Of a stretch of 64,000 bases of DNA, positions 36,062 through 48,300 are shown piece by piece; position 1 is the stretch's first letter, and every line of letters starts with the position of its first letter. The stretch lies in IMG/VR virus record IMGVR_UViG_2595698952_000001, positions 32,001 to 96,000 of that record. One strand, given 5' to 3'. The notes below the pieces were generated by a model. It did not search any database. It was not told where the DNA came from and was given only the letters and a program-made list of their open reading frames with translations. This stretch comes from a virus. Lineage: Duplodnaviria > Caudoviricetes. Position numbers and translations under genes: made by a program.

Positions 36062-39000
36062 TTAAGACTTGAACATAAGATTGACCTGAATCTCGTCCAA
36101 GTCAACCAGCGAGTTACCTCCAGCGTATTCGCAGGCCACTGTCAGAGTCAGCGTTCCGGAATTGTAACTGGCAACAAACGGAGGGTTCAGAGCATCTTTC
36201 CCGGTGTTGAGTACCACCGCCGGTTCAGAAGGCAGATTCGGGATGACCAGCTCACGCGCTACCCGCACCACACCAAAGCTCGACGTCAAATCGCTCAATG
36301 CGTACAGCATGAACGGGGTATCAACATCAGTCTGACGGAACACGGTACCGGTAGTGGTGTCCACCACCTGTATCGCCAACATCTTTGTCTTCAGTGTTTG
36401 ATACTGCGCCGCAGTCAGTTCCGCAGACAAGGTGGCGACAAACTCCACCCCAGCTGGAAGACCCGAACCGGTGACGTTCACGAGGTCTGGGCCGGTGGCA
36501 AACAGTATCTCCGCAGCAGATGGATTCACCCCAGACGTCAGGCAATATTTGAACATCGGAATGCCGTTCGGTACCGCGTAACGCAGAGTAATCTGGCGGG
36601 CCGGATCACCAATATTCCCCGGCACCGTAAAGCGTAGCCTTGCCACAGCCACGTAGGTTTCCCCAGCGACATGTGGCACAGACTCAGCACCGATCCACTT
36701 CATGTTAAAACTGGCCGCGCGTGCGTTGTCTGCTGTTACAGCAGCCGTCTCAACCGGAGGTTTCAACCAAAAGCGTTCAGAGACATTCACCAGATCTTGC
36801 CAACGCGTGGCACCAAATCCGCTGTAGCGTTTCTGGATAGGCAGCGCAGGGCGGGTTTGGCGTGTAATCCCTTTGGACAGCTCTTGTCCATCGGCATACC
36901 CGGCCGTGCCCGAGCCCGGTGTCGCTAACGGCACTTTGCTCAATTGCGCCATTGACCCGATACGGGCTTCACGGGCAGCAGACACATCGTGACGGTTGGC
37001 GACCGCGGCGTGCTCTACCAACTGCTTGACGTTACCGAAACGTTTCACCTTATCAAACGTCGACAGGGTAATGCGTTCACTGTCCGTCACTACCGTACCG
37101 ATATACAGCTGGGTATCGCTGTCCGGTTCCTGTTGCTCCAGCAGACGGTATTGCGGAACACCGTTGACCAACGCAGCGTGCATGTAGAACGTGCGGTTCT
37201 GGTAGTTGGTTGGGTACAAGTCACGGATATCAGAACTGTATTCGCCCAACGTGTAGTACGCCGAACCGAATCGCAGTAACTCTTGTTCCGTGATGTACAA
37301 CGCCCACCCCTCCGCAGTCTTCGTACCGGCAAGGATGTTATCCTCAGGTGTCCCGGTACGGAAATTACGGACGGTGTTCTTGTAGACACTGGCGGCAAAG
37401 TACAACCCATTAAACAGCCATTTCGTCATCCCGATATAACCGGTCTCGGGCATCACCACAATGTCGACTTCATTCGAAGACGGGTTCATGGAAATGAGCG
37501 AGTTCGTCCAGCCCCCGAAAGTCGTATCACACGACAACAGGAAAGAACGCCAGCGACTGTCTCCAACCACCCCCATTCGGTACAACGCCCCCAGGAACAA
37601 CACATATCCATCGTCACGCTGAATCAACTTCGAGTTCGTGTACTGGTCGTGTGCCAAAGAGATACCGGCATCCGGGTCGCGATAGTTCTCGACAACCGGT
37701 GTCAACATCGTGGTACCCAACTGCACGTTCCCGTTGGTCACCGACATCGGTAGTTTCCACACCCAGGTAAAGGTGTGGGTTACCAGCCGACTGGTGTTGT
37801 CCCACATGCGCACAGAGGCCATGGCGAATGCCGCATTTAACCCACCGACATCAAACACTTGCAGCTTGGTTAATGTTTGCACGACTAACTCATCGTTCCA
37901 CACCGGCACCGCTGCCGCGATTGCGGCATTCAATGCAGCCCAAGTTGCATCTGTTACCGTGATACGATCTGCGGTAAAGGTGGACGTCCCAGTCACGGTC
38001 TTGTACGGGAAAGACCCTGCCTCGGTAATGACACGCCCGTTGATGTACAGCTGGCCATCTTTCCAGATATTCGGCGAAGACAGCAAGGTTCGGTAGTCAG
38101 GGTCGGTCACCGCGATACGCGCATTGTCTGGCCCCCAACCCGGATAGTCCGGGAAGTAGCGAGACGACTGGGTATAACGGAGCTGGATAACCTCTGCGGC
38201 CACATTGAGGTGTCGCATCAATACCGTGTTGGCAGTCCCACCGAGGTGGATAAGCCCACGCATGTATTGCTGATACACCGACCCTACTGCACCCCCCACG
38301 GTAGCGTTTGCGGTTTCGATAAGCGTTGTGCTGCTACCGAGTAAATCGTACAAACTCGTGTTCGGTGCAGGGCTGATACCGATACGTGGCGGGTTGTTTG
38401 AATAAACATCACAGAAGGAGTTCATCAACAAACCTGAGGACAGGAAGACCCTGTTCGTCAGCGCCACACCTTTGTTACGGTTGGTCACCGAGGGCAGAGG
38501 CTGGGCATTTGGGAACTCAATCTTGTTCTCGGTTAATGCGATCGGGAAGATTTTGTTCTCAAGCGTCAATAACCAGTTCTCCGTGTTAAGGGAGAGTGAT
38601 ACCGACCAGGCATCTGTCCACTGTGCTGAGGTATTATCGGAGAAGTACCCGTGCATCTCTGCACGCAACCGCACCATGTTCACCTGTGAGGCTGAATAAA
38701 ACGAAGGGAGGTAGTTAACCGCATTCCCGTTCGGCCAACGGGCTTTCCCCTCCGCGGTACGGTAGGCCAGGAACTTGGTTGTGGCATCATCGCCATAACC
38801 GCCTTCTTGTACAATCAGCGCCACGTCGCCGTCTTTGTCTGGGTAATTGAAATTAATTACCGGGATAGTCGAACTGTTTTTACTGCGCAGTTCGCTTAGA
38901 CTGATACTCCAACCGCCAACGGTAAAGCGGGTGTTGTTGACAATAGACATCAACACAACCACACGACCTTTGGTCACCGTCACTGTCGAATACTGACGAT

Positions 39001-41092
39001 AATCTTTAAAGGCGAGGGTACTGCCGTTCGACCGGACACAATCGGGCAATGTGATCTGGTACACGTCGTTGTGGGTCGCGTAGTTCATCGTCCCGTTGAA
39101 CAACACCAGATAGAACAGCCCATCGCTCGCCTCAAAGATAGCGGCGTCAGAATCCCCAACCACTACACGCGTCAATACCACACCAGGGAATTTACTCATC
39201 CCAGCTGGATGGTACGGGAACGTCGTGGGGTAGTTCTTCAGGAAATTATTAGACCCCCCAATAGACGCATACCAGTAATAGACCCGTCGGGTGTCTTCTG
39301 GCCCATCGCTGCCGTTACGCAGTACATAGACGTTACCGCCTTCGTAACGGGCAACCGCCCAGTTATTGGAACGGTCGTAGCCAAAGCCCGCGTAGTTACT
39401 GACGGTAGGAATAGGCAGGAAACTCGGGTTACCGTATTCCGCACCCCCGACTGTCCAGGATGGCAGTAAGGTGTTCACCTTCTCATTCAGCGACTTGATA
39501 GACTGGTCGATAGCGTACCCCTGTTTCGAGGTCACCATCTTATCATCGGTCGAGTCAATCGCATCCCACAGCTTCACCAGACCACTGACAGACGTTGACC
39601 CGTACGGGACGTTGTCCAAATCAGCGAGGGTATGCGTGTGGTCTGTTTTTGCCTTACTCGCCAATGCCGCAGTTAGTGCTTTGGTAACCGGCTTCTCTAA
39701 CGGGGCAGTGTTGTCCATTTTGTCGATACCGAAATCGGTTTTCGTCAAGGTCAACACTTGTTTCCCATCAGACCCTTTCACAAACTTCTTGCCGTTGATG
39801 CTGTAAGTGTCATCAACGTACAAGTCCAGTTTGTTTTTCAGGTCATTCACCGCTTTCTGCGAAATAGCAGCACCGGTGGCTACTGAGTTCGAGATATTGG
39901 TAATAGAGAACAGACCCGCCACCGCCGTCGTTGCGGTAGGCAGTTCCACGTTCATGTACACCCGGTTGGTGTCTTTCCCGCTACCGTAAATCTTGAGCGT
40001 ATCGCTCGATTTAAAGTAGGCGTTCGCCGGTAACAGTTTCACCGAGGTCAGATACATCCCGACCATCTCCGGCGTCACCAGATACACAGAGTTAAACACC
40101 GGGGCCAAGACATCGGCTGCTGCACCGGAGTGTACCCAGAGGGTATTCAGGCCCGCAGAGAACTCTACCCCGATGCCAGGGTCGTTGTTGTCCTGGTCAG
40201 CTTTCAAGACCAGCGGTTTCGGCGAGGTAATAATGAACTTCTCGCCCTTCATGCTGATCAGGTGACCTGCGGTGGTCTGGAAAGTAATCGCATCGTTGTT
40301 CAGAACACGCAGACGTCCCAGTAAATCCCCCAGGGTGTTATCCATCAGCAGGTCAACGTGGGCTTGTGAAATGCCCGAGGTGGACATCAACGTCACCAGC
40401 TCTGCCAAGGTACGGCCGAAGGCTTTCGTCGCGTCTACGGCCTTCCCAACGACCGGGAGCGCCCCTACGTCAGTGGTGGTGTAACCGTGGGCATTACTTT
40501 TCAGGTGGTGCTGGTACATCTCCTGCTCGAACACGGTGTTACCGTTCTGGTAAATCATGTCGGTCAGTTCAGTAAAGGCACCGTCCAGCTCACTGGCACG
40601 CTCGAGAATACCCAGACGAATATCTTCCAGCGCTTTCACCACTTCATCACGCAGAATCGCCTCATCCAGATTCTCTGGCGGGTCGATAGGTGAGATAACC
40701 GGGGCGTACTTCATTAACTCTGACCAATCCACGTTACGCGGATCGGGCAAGTCGGTTTTGACCAGGTACTTACCAATCTCTGACTGAGGTAGGCGATATT
40801 GACGCCCCACGGCCAGGAACTCGTAATCCACTTCGGAGGCAGTCAGTAGGATGAAGCCCCCGTAGATTTGGTCTTGCTCAGCTTCGGCCAGCTCTTTGAA
40901 ATAGTAACCGAGATAGTAATCCAGACCCTCAATCAGGGTGCGTTTACCGCCGGGTGCTGTTGCATCCTTAACGGTGAGTTTCAGACCAATACGGTAGAAA
41001 GGCCCTTCGGCAGGAATCACCGCATTGTATTTGTTCGGGTACGTTGCGGTCTTAAGCGTACCGTTAAACTGCGCCGCATCTTCTCTCGGCAT
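36062..41092 (-). CDS. large tail fibre / virion protein (~1676 aa)
   Basis: AGGAG RBS before MPREDAAQ; GPFY..G.DY N-terminus, ATT..AGL, G.DKMDNT..EKP and HTHT.ADL fibre motifs. Confidence 0.8.
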   Translation of the reverse strand: MPREDAAQFNGTLKTATYPNKYNAVIPAEGPFYRIGLKLTVKDATAPGGKRTLIEGLDYYLGYYFKELAEAEQDQIYGGFILLTASEVDYEFLAVGRQYRLPQSEIGKYLVKTDLPDPRNVDWSELMKYAPVISPIDPPENLDEAILRDEVVKALEDIRLGILERASELDGAFTELTDMIYQNGNTVFEQEMYQHHLKSNAHGYTTTDVGALPVVGKAVDATKAFGRTLAELVTLMSTSGISQAHVDLLMDNTLGDLLGRLRVLNNDAITFQTTAGHLISMKGEKFIITSPKPLVLKADQDNNDPGIGVEFSAGLNTLWVHSGAAADVLAPVFNSVYLVTPEMVGMYLTSVKLLPANAYFKSSDTLKIYGSGKDTNRVYMNVELPTATTAVAGLFSITNISNSVATGAAISQKAVNDLKNKLDLYVDDTYSINGKKFVKGSDGKQVLTLTKTDFGIDKMDNTAPLEKPVTKALTAALASKAKTDHTHTLADLDNVPYGSTSVSGLVKLWDAIDSTDDKMVTSKQGYAIDQSIKSLNEKVNTLLPSWTVGGAEYGNPSFLPIPTVSNYAGFGYDRSNNWAVARYEGGNVYVLRNGSDGPEDTRRVYYWYASIGGSNNFLKNYPTTFPYHPAGMSKFPGVVLTRVVVGDSDAAIFEASDGLFYLVLFNGTMNYATHNDVYQITLPDCVRSNGSTLAFKDYRQYSTVTVTKGRVVVLMSIVNNTRFTVGGWSISLSELRSKNSSTIPVINFNYPDKDGDVALIVQEGGYGDDATTKFLAYRTAEGKARWPNGNAVNYLPSFYSASQVNMVRLRAEMHGYFSDNTSAQWTDAWSVSLSLNTENWLLTLENKIFPIALTENKIEFPNAQPLPSVTNRNKGVALTNRVFLSSGLLMNSFCDVYSNNPPRIGISPAPNTSLYDLLGSSTTLIETANATVGGAVGSVYQQYMRGLIHLGGTANTVLMRHLNVAAEVIQLRYTQSSRYFPDYPGWGPDNARIAVTDPDYRTLLSSPNIWKDGQLYINGRVITEAGSFPYKTVTGTSTFTADRITVTDATWAALNAAIAAAVPVWNDELVVQTLTKLQVFDVGGLNAAFAMASVRMWDNTSRLVTHTFTWVWKLPMSVTNGNVQLGTTMLTPVVENYRDPDAGISLAHDQYTNSKLIQRDDGYVLFLGALYRMGVVGDSRWRSFLLSCDTTFGGWTNSLISMNPSSNEVDIVVMPETGYIGMTKWLFNGLYFAASVYKNTVRNFRTGTPEDNILAGTKTAEGWALYITEQELLRFGSAYYTLGEYSSDIRDLYPTNYQNRTFYMHAALVNGVPQYRLLEQQEPDSDTQLYIGTVVTDSERITLSTFDKVKRFGNVKQLVEHAAVANRHDVSAAREARIGSMAQLSKVPLATPGSGTAGYADGQELSKGITRQTRPALPIQKRYSGFGATRWQDLVNVSERFWLKPPVETAAVTADNARAASFNMKWIGAESVPHVAGETYVAVARLRFTVPGNIGDPARQITLRYAVPNGIPMFKYCLTSGVNPSAAEILFATGPDLVNVTGSGLPAGVEFVATLSAELTAAQYQTLKTKMLAIQVVDTTTGTVFRQTDVDTPFMLYALSDLTSSFGVVRVARELVIPNLPSEPAVVLNTGKDALNPPFVASYNSGTLTLTVACEYAGGNSLVDLDEIQVNLMFKS

Positions 41093-41111
41093 TGCAAAGA
41101 CTCCTACTTTG

Positions 41112-41146
41112 AAATAAAACGGATACCCCACCCCGGAGGGTGGGGT
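41112..41146 (-). terminator. terminator-like hairpin
   Basis: ACCCCACCC...GGGTGGGGT with a minus-strand TTTTATTT tract. Confidence 0.6.
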
Positions 41147-41182
41147 TACCTACGGACGCAAAACGTCCGCAGACGTTCCGTC

Positions 41183-44100
41183 CTAAGAGGACCACTCACC
41201 TAATGCGTTACCTGCCGCAGTCTGCTCACGCTTCAGCTCAGACAACACCCACAGCCAGGCTGTAGAAGTGAGATGGAAGGGGTTACGCTTCTCAGCCACG
41301 TACTGCGGGCTGGCGCTACGTAACTCCCACGCAGAGTCCTGTGTCAGTGTGGTGATGGTCGCCCCACTGCTGTCCAGCACGTTCAGACTGAACGACAAGT
41401 TCAATGTCTCACCATTTACGGTGTCCGCAGGTTTAAACCACAGGTACACCGCTTGTCCGGCACAGATAACCGTTGCATCAATTGCCGCAGACGGAGAACC
41501 TGCCCCGGCAGCCCAGCTTCGACCACTACCCCCATCTACGATACGAGACCCCAGAATAATCCCACCGGCCATAACCGGCCCGGTGATACTCCCGGTAATC
41601 TTCGCAATCGCTTTCGCCGTTGCCTTATCAGGACGCCAGCACAACATCACCGGTTCGCGGAACCGCATCGGGGTTTTACCGGCTGCCGTCGCTTTCGCCA
41701 CTGTCCAGTTAACCGGAAGTTTCCCTGCCGGGTACAGTAATGAACCGCGCTCGGCCCGTGAGGCATGGAACGGTAACCCCAGCTGCCCACGGTGTGAGAT
41801 TTCGGCATTACCTTGCCCACACGGCACGGACACCCATTCAGTCAATTCCCAGTTCACTGGTTCCCCATACGTTGTCGGGTCAACGACCTTTAACACATAC
41901 TCGGAATCACGAGTGTTGTCTGTACGCCGTTCGATATTGGTATCGACGTAGGCTTCAAACAAGGGGCGCAGGAACTGGTATTTGTCCAAATCGATTGCAG
42001 GGACGTTCGGGTTCATTAAGGCATGACCCACACGCAAACGCTCACTCGGGGCAAGACCATTGAACAGCACACCCACACCGTCACCCAGGAAGTACGAGAG
42101 TAAATCAAACGGCAGTTTAATCTCGACTTGCTGTTCACGCACCCCAGTAAAGCCAGGCTGACCACACAGGACAGACATACGCAAGATACCGGTAGTGACG
42201 TTATAACGGTAACGTACGGCCCAACGTGGGGAATACGTGCCGGTGAACGGCGCATTGGTTCCCAGGTCGACGTAATCCAGACAGTCGCCGGTTGCAATGG
42301 TGGTATCGGAAAGTTTGGTCACGGTAATCCCGCGTGTCACTTCCGTCAACCCAATGACTGGGATGTTGCCACTGTTACGCACATCAGGCGCTTCTTGCGC
42401 CGTACGACTCAAATACCCGTAATGGCACTTGAAGTCTTTCAACGAAATGCGCAACAGCTTACTGCTGCCCGGCATAGCGTTCTTTGCCGCGATCAGCACC
42501 AGGTACGGTTCTTCGGCATGAGCAACTGCCGCGGCGTTGTTCCCCACGTCAATGGTCAGTGTCCCTTCAAACGTCGGAGCGTTATTCTCTTTCGGGTTGA
42601 ACTGGGTGAACCAACACATCGGGTGATTACCAACGGTTTCGAACCAGGCCAAAATATCCGATGAACCGTTACCGGTGTGGTACCAGTCAATCATTCCGCG
42701 GGTACCGAAGTAAAGGTTCCCGTAAGAGTTGTTGGAGTTGTTCTTCGTGATAGCATGGTTGTACGGTTCCGGCTGCACTTTACCCAACATCTTAAACCGC
42801 GGGTTATCACTGAACGCCCAGTCACTGGCTTTAGAGCCGTGGGCTTTGCGTATCGCGATATGATCGGAGATTTCATCCGACGGCCCGAAGTCGAAGGTAG
42901 TATTAAAGGTAAGCGTACTGGCGGCACCCGGACTGTTAGGCAAGTCAACATACCCGATGAGGCCACGTTCGATATCCAAGTCCTGCGAGAGGATAGGCTC
43001 AGCACGCGAATACAACGAGGTGGTCAACATGTTCACGTACAGGTAATGACGCAGCCCGCCCGGTTTGGTCACGAACTCTTGCAGGTGCTCCAGACGTGTC
43101 TCTGTCCCGGACGTATACAACGGATAGATGTCATCGTAGATGTCGAACTGCAAGGCAGCGGCTTTCGCAGGGTCGTTACACTCTGCTTTAATCGCAATGC
43201 AGTGCTCTTCAACACCCAACGGTGGTTCAGCCACGACATACAGCGGTGAGTTCCCCGTCGCAACTTGTTCCCCGTTCAGGTACACGGTGATTTTACCGCC
43301 ACCGGCGATGTACATCTTAAAGGCACCGGTTGCTGATTTCAAACGCATCTTAGCGAGCACGGACACCACGGACAGATTCCCCATCCCGGTGGTCGACTTA
43401 CCGATTTGTTTTCCCTGAATTGCAATCGGAGGCTGTTCCGTCATCCCGGTAAAGGTCAACCCCGCACCGGTATTGACAACAGCCGCACTCCAGGTGTCCT
43501 CCATCTGGTTATCCGGAGAGAACCAGTTGAACATCGGAGTCGTCTGCAAATCAATTGACCCGGATACCACACCCTCTTTGCGTGTCCCGTCTTGCAGATA
43601 GAAATATTTCAAATCTGTGACAGACATGCGATAGGTGTTGAGTGTCCAGGTAGACGCATTCACCGCCGTAAAGTCGGTAACGGTACCGGACTTCGCATTG
43701 GCGAGGGCGGCTGCCACCACCGCTAAACGGTCAGACAAGGCTTTCAACACCGACGGAGTCACGCCACGACCCGCAGCCAACCCAGCTTGGTTCTTGGAAT
43801 AACGCCCAATCCCCTGGAGCTGTTGTGAGGCTTCGTAGATGTTCAGCTCTGACCAGTCATGGTGGTGTCCTGTCGGGCTGAGGTCTGTAAGCGCTTCACT
43901 GAGGTCATCAGACAGCGGTTTGTCGACGTCGGGGGTGTTGTTCGCATTCCCCAGTCCCAGGTCGGTCTTGGTCAGCGTACGACTACCATCGTCCATTGCT
44001 TTGTTGTTCAGCAAAGTCGATTTCAGCACGTATCCGCCCATGTCCGCTTCGTACCCCGTCAGGGAGTCAGGCGTTGCCGCCACTCCCGAGGTCTCTGTCC

Positions 44101-45352
44101 CTGGCCCTTTTTTCAGTTTGACCACACCTTTAACGGTAGTGGTCGCGTTCTGCGGCGTGACGGTGCCGGTGACCGGGTCGACTTTCGACCCTTTGCCCGT
44201 AAAGTTAATCCCGTTACGTCCTTCGATGTACACCTTGGTATCATCAGGGTCAGTCGTACCTCCGCCATCGTTCGGGTCTTGTTGGTACTCCATCAGTGCC
44301 GTGGTGGTCAGCAGCGTCACCCCGTTAAGGGTGAGTTTATCCATCCCCAACGCTGAACCCGTAGATTCGATGCGTAAAGTGTTGGTGCCTGCTTTCCATT
44401 CCATAAAGCGCACGGTGCTGTCACCCGAAACATACCCAGCGGCCAGAATAATCGAGCCGTTCGATTTCAGAGTAAAAGCATCAGTGGAGAACACAATCTC
44501 AGACTCACCCCCAGGCGAACGGAACAATGCCCGCGTCCCTGAGATGGTGGCATTGAAGACACCCTTGGCATCTTTCGATACCCACTTCGAGATGTACTTA
44601 TCAATGTCAGCCTGTTGCAACCCTAACGTACGAATCTCACTGGTGAGCTGCTGGAGTTTCTTTCCGTAGGCCAGGAAGGTATCCGGCGTTTTCAACGACA
44701 CCGGGTGCGCGCCATTCTGCGCCACCGTGGTGCTGTGTGGGTTTTTGGCTGCTGTGTGTGCCGGGAAGTTAAACGTCACAATCTCGTTGGCCAGTCCCTG
44801 CACTTCGGCTTTCAATGCGGTAAGCTTATCGCGAATCAAATCGTTCGCAGCACCCGCATCGACTTCTACATCGTGAACCGCAGAAGCCAGGTACTTCTTA
44901 TTCAGCATATCCGCCCAGGAGGTGGCTGCTGGGGTGGCCGGATACAAAGAGGGACGGTTAGCCAGTAGCAGGAAGTCCGCACTGGTCGGGTTGTTGATGT
45001 ACTTAATCAATTCATCGAGAATCTCAACGAAAGCATCGTAGAACGTACCCCCGAGCATTTGCCCTTCAAAGGACACCAAACCTTTGATTGTAGGGTTAAT
45101 CAGGTGCACCCCACAAAACACTGGGGTCGTTACCGAGTCGTCCAGCGCCGTTAGCGCATACTCCAGTTCGTAATCCACCCCGCGGGTCAGCGGGTTAGAC
45201 GAACCAGGTTGGCGAACCACCAACCCGTCGAAGAACGGGGAGTGGTCTAAGACCACCACCCGGTCGTTGGAGTTATCGGACTCGATGATACGTTCCTCAG
45301 TGAAGTGATTCTCGGTATTAGTGCCCCGAGGATCGTAAGGATACGTTTTCAT
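41183..45352 (-). CDS. large tail fibre / virion protein (1389 aa)
   Basis: SPFF...RGVDYEL, H...KNPH, ATTTVKGVVKL, LGLGNANNTPDVDKP and GHHH motifs. Confidence 0.8.
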   Translation of the reverse strand: MKTYPYDPRGTNTENHFTEERIIESDNSNDRVVVLDHSPFFDGLVVRQPGSSNPLTRGVDYELEYALTALDDSVTTPVFCGVHLINPTIKGLVSFEGQMLGGTFYDAFVEILDELIKYINNPTSADFLLLANRPSLYPATPAATSWADMLNKKYLASAVHDVEVDAGAANDLIRDKLTALKAEVQGLANEIVTFNFPAHTAAKNPHSTTVAQNGAHPVSLKTPDTFLAYGKKLQQLTSEIRTLGLQQADIDKYISKWVSKDAKGVFNATISGTRALFRSPGGESEIVFSTDAFTLKSNGSIILAAGYVSGDSTVRFMEWKAGTNTLRIESTGSALGMDKLTLNGVTLLTTTALMEYQQDPNDGGGTTDPDDTKVYIEGRNGINFTGKGSKVDPVTGTVTPQNATTTVKGVVKLKKGPGTETSGVAATPDSLTGYEADMGGYVLKSTLLNNKAMDDGSRTLTKTDLGLGNANNTPDVDKPLSDDLSEALTDLSPTGHHHDWSELNIYEASQQLQGIGRYSKNQAGLAAGRGVTPSVLKALSDRLAVVAAALANAKSGTVTDFTAVNASTWTLNTYRMSVTDLKYFYLQDGTRKEGVVSGSIDLQTTPMFNWFSPDNQMEDTWSAAVVNTGAGLTFTGMTEQPPIAIQGKQIGKSTTGMGNLSVVSVLAKMRLKSATGAFKMYIAGGGKITVYLNGEQVATGNSPLYVVAEPPLGVEEHCIAIKAECNDPAKAAALQFDIYDDIYPLYTSGTETRLEHLQEFVTKPGGLRHYLYVNMLTTSLYSRAEPILSQDLDIERGLIGYVDLPNSPGAASTLTFNTTFDFGPSDEISDHIAIRKAHGSKASDWAFSDNPRFKMLGKVQPEPYNHAITKNNSNNSYGNLYFGTRGMIDWYHTGNGSSDILAWFETVGNHPMCWFTQFNPKENNAPTFEGTLTIDVGNNAAAVAHAEEPYLVLIAAKNAMPGSSKLLRISLKDFKCHYGYLSRTAQEAPDVRNSGNIPVIGLTEVTRGITVTKLSDTTIATGDCLDYVDLGTNAPFTGTYSPRWAVRYRYNVTTGILRMSVLCGQPGFTGVREQQVEIKLPFDLLSYFLGDGVGVLFNGLAPSERLRVGHALMNPNVPAIDLDKYQFLRPLFEAYVDTNIERRTDNTRDSEYVLKVVDPTTYGEPVNWELTEWVSVPCGQGNAEISHRGQLGLPFHASRAERGSLLYPAGKLPVNWTVAKATAAGKTPMRFREPVMLCWRPDKATAKAIAKITGSITGPVMAGGIILGSRIVDGGSGRSWAAGAGSPSAAIDATVICAGQAVYLWFKPADTVNGETLNLSFSLNVLDSSGATITTLTQDSAWELRSASPQYVAEKRNPFHLTSTAWLWVLSELKREQTAAGNALGEWSS

Positions 45353-45364
45353 TCAGAGTTCTCC

Positions 45365-48300
45365 TTAATCGCGGAAAATCGCCGCACGAGCTAAATTGTT
45401 TTGACAGTACGCAATCACACGTTCTTCATTAACCTGCGTCGGGATAGGCAACACGTTCACGTTCTGAACCAATGTCCGTTCCGCATCTGCGATGGTCATA
45501 GCCAGCGTTTCGAGCGTGCTGTCGCCCCCAACATAATTGAACTCCAGAAAACGGGCGCGGTTTAACACCGAGAAGTTTGCCAGGTAGTCCAGGAAGGTTG
45601 CGTTAAAGAACCGGGTGTAGGTCGTGTCAGTCGGGTGCGTCACGGTGGCGCGCGTAGACGCGTTGAACAGTCCACCCAGTCCTTGGTAAACCGGGGTCGT
45701 CGATTCTTTCCACAGCGCACTGATGTCAAGGTAATCCGGTCGGATACGGTTTGACAAATCGATGGTTTGGGTAGTTCCCGCTGCACGAGCGGTACACTTC
45801 ACCGTCTTCACCGCTTCACCCAAGGTTAACACAATGTCGTACACCAGACTTGCCATCGTCAGCACGCAAGTGATGGTCAGGGTACCGTCAATAGCCCGTG
45901 AGTTGCTAAAGGTTAATGACGGTGACAGCTCCGTCCAGGCAGGTGCGGGGGACGCAACACGCATGGGGGTAAAGCCGATGACCACGTTACGCCCTGCACC
46001 AAAGTTGATACCGAGACCGGCATAACAGAACAGGCCGTTACTGTCGGCAATACGGGTACCTCGACTCATCAGGATGGAGACACGGTTAAAGAAGTTGTCT
46101 TTATCGTGCCAGCCTGCAACGATGGATTCGAGCAGCGTGTTATAGCTCTGGTCGGCGAGTGCCCAGCTATGGGTAATCCCTGCGTTGCGATACAGCGGGA
46201 ACGTGTGGTGGATAAAGCGATAATCGTTCATCGTCACACCCGCAGGGTCAAACTCCCAACGGCTCGTCTGGCTGTCGTACAACATCCCCGACATCGGCCA
46301 ATACTGGTCAACCAACCCCATACGCCAATCGGCTTCACCACGCGAGGCATTCGGTACACCCGAAGACCAACACGGGCCCCCTTTCCCGTAACCTAACGTA
46401 TACCCGAAGTCTGCCATTGACATCGTCCGACGGATGTGGGCGTTGTCATTAGCCTTATGCTCCTCCAGTTCACGGTAATCACCGAGACGAGTCACGTTGT
46501 GAATCTCAGCAATCTCGATACCGTCCTCAGACGTATCAATCGTACCGACCTTCGTCATCGTGTCCGTTTCAGCCGTGTCTGGGTTGGCCAGGATATAGTA
46601 TTTCGCGGCCCCGTCAGCAATATCGACAAAGATACCAAAGGTGGTGTCTTCGTACGCGTCCGGGAAAGCCTCGGTTAAGTTCACGGTGGTAAGGGGGGCT
46701 TTGTATAGCTGACCCACGAAGTAGTTCTCTTCCGCAAGCGTGACCATCCAACCGGTGACCGTAGCCCCGTTTTGAATGATGTTACTGCCTGGCACCCCAA
46801 AGCGCAGGATATTGACAGAAGCGGCAGAGTCTACCCCTTTGGCCGTGGCTTCCAGCGTCCCAATACGGGTAGTCTGGTCAATCACCACCGAACCGTCGAG
46901 TGCCAGTGTCGCATTGTCGACGGCCAAGCCGTACTGAATCAACCCGAACTGGGTAGCCGTGGCGGCCTTCACACCGAAGACAGCCGCAGCGTGGGTGTGT
47001 CCGACTACCGCGTATTTCGCCATCTCAGCACTCTGGAGTGTTGAAACCGGCAAGTCCACGTCCGCGGTATTCACCACCTTATCCAAGTTAAAGGTTAACT
47101 TGTCGATAAACACAGAGCTGGTTAACGGCAGGTCATTGATGTACGCCTTCACTTTCTCGAGCTTACCGGTGAACATCGCATCCAACTTGGCAATCAACGC
47201 CGGGGTGGCTGCCAGGTCTTCCGCAGTACCGAAGTCATTGGCCAGTGAACGCATGGCCAAGATATTGACATCGGTAGAGGTCGGGGGCACGAAAGTACAG
47301 ATAAAGGGTACAGACTGTATCCCGTTCCCGTTGATGGTCACCGTTGCGGTATTCGTCCCGTAGAACAACCCATCATTACCACCGCCAGTTACACCCGGCA
47401 GGTATGGCCCTACCGTGGTTGGGTCGAGTAACTTCTTCCCGTTCCAGAGTAAGCCGCGGCTATCCGGGTAGAGAATCAGTTGGTTCGCCCCCGACTGGAA
47501 GGTGATCGGGTTGTTGCCCGCATTCACGGTCTGTGAATCACGACCCAGGAAACGAATGACTTTCGGGTCAACCGTAAACTGCGCACCAACACCACCCGTT
47601 TCTGTTGCCCCGGTAACAGACGTCACGGAGGTCAGACCCGGTTTGGTACCGAACGTACCGTTGATAGCCTGCGGGTTAGCCGAGTTACGCAACAGTTTGT
47701 TGGCGAGGTTACTGAGTTTCGGCAACAGGTTATTGATGTAATCGGCTAATTGGGTCTGTGTACGCCCATAGACGAGCGTTGCATCCGAGGCAATACCATT
47801 TAACTCCAATGCACGAATCGCGCCCCAGGAGTCGTTGTGTGGATTATCCTTGCGGGGTACGTGGGCGTGAGCTGGCGCATCATCGTAGAGTTTACGCACA
47901 ATCGCGTGATACTCTTTTAACAACGTCAGTACATCGCTACCGTCGGGCACGGTCATGCCAGGGAAAACAGCGTGACGCCAACTGTCACCTTTCACCACCG
48001 TAAACACCGTACGAACATCCGTACCGCGATGCAGAACAGCCAGCGTGTTGTTGGCCGCCATCGGTGCAACCAAGTTAGCCGGTGGGTTACGAAGGTCGAG
48101 GAGGAAGTCCATCTTCTTCGCACCGTTTGCATCGGTAACAATACAGTGCACCGTGTCGAGGTCGTAGTTACGATCCCATTGCACGCGGAACTTCCCAGCC
48201 ATAAACGATTTCGGGGCGGCGAAGCTGGCCACGGGATAGGTCGTGTTGCCAATAGACACATTCAGCGCCATTACTAACGTCGTGCTGTCCCACGCCAAGC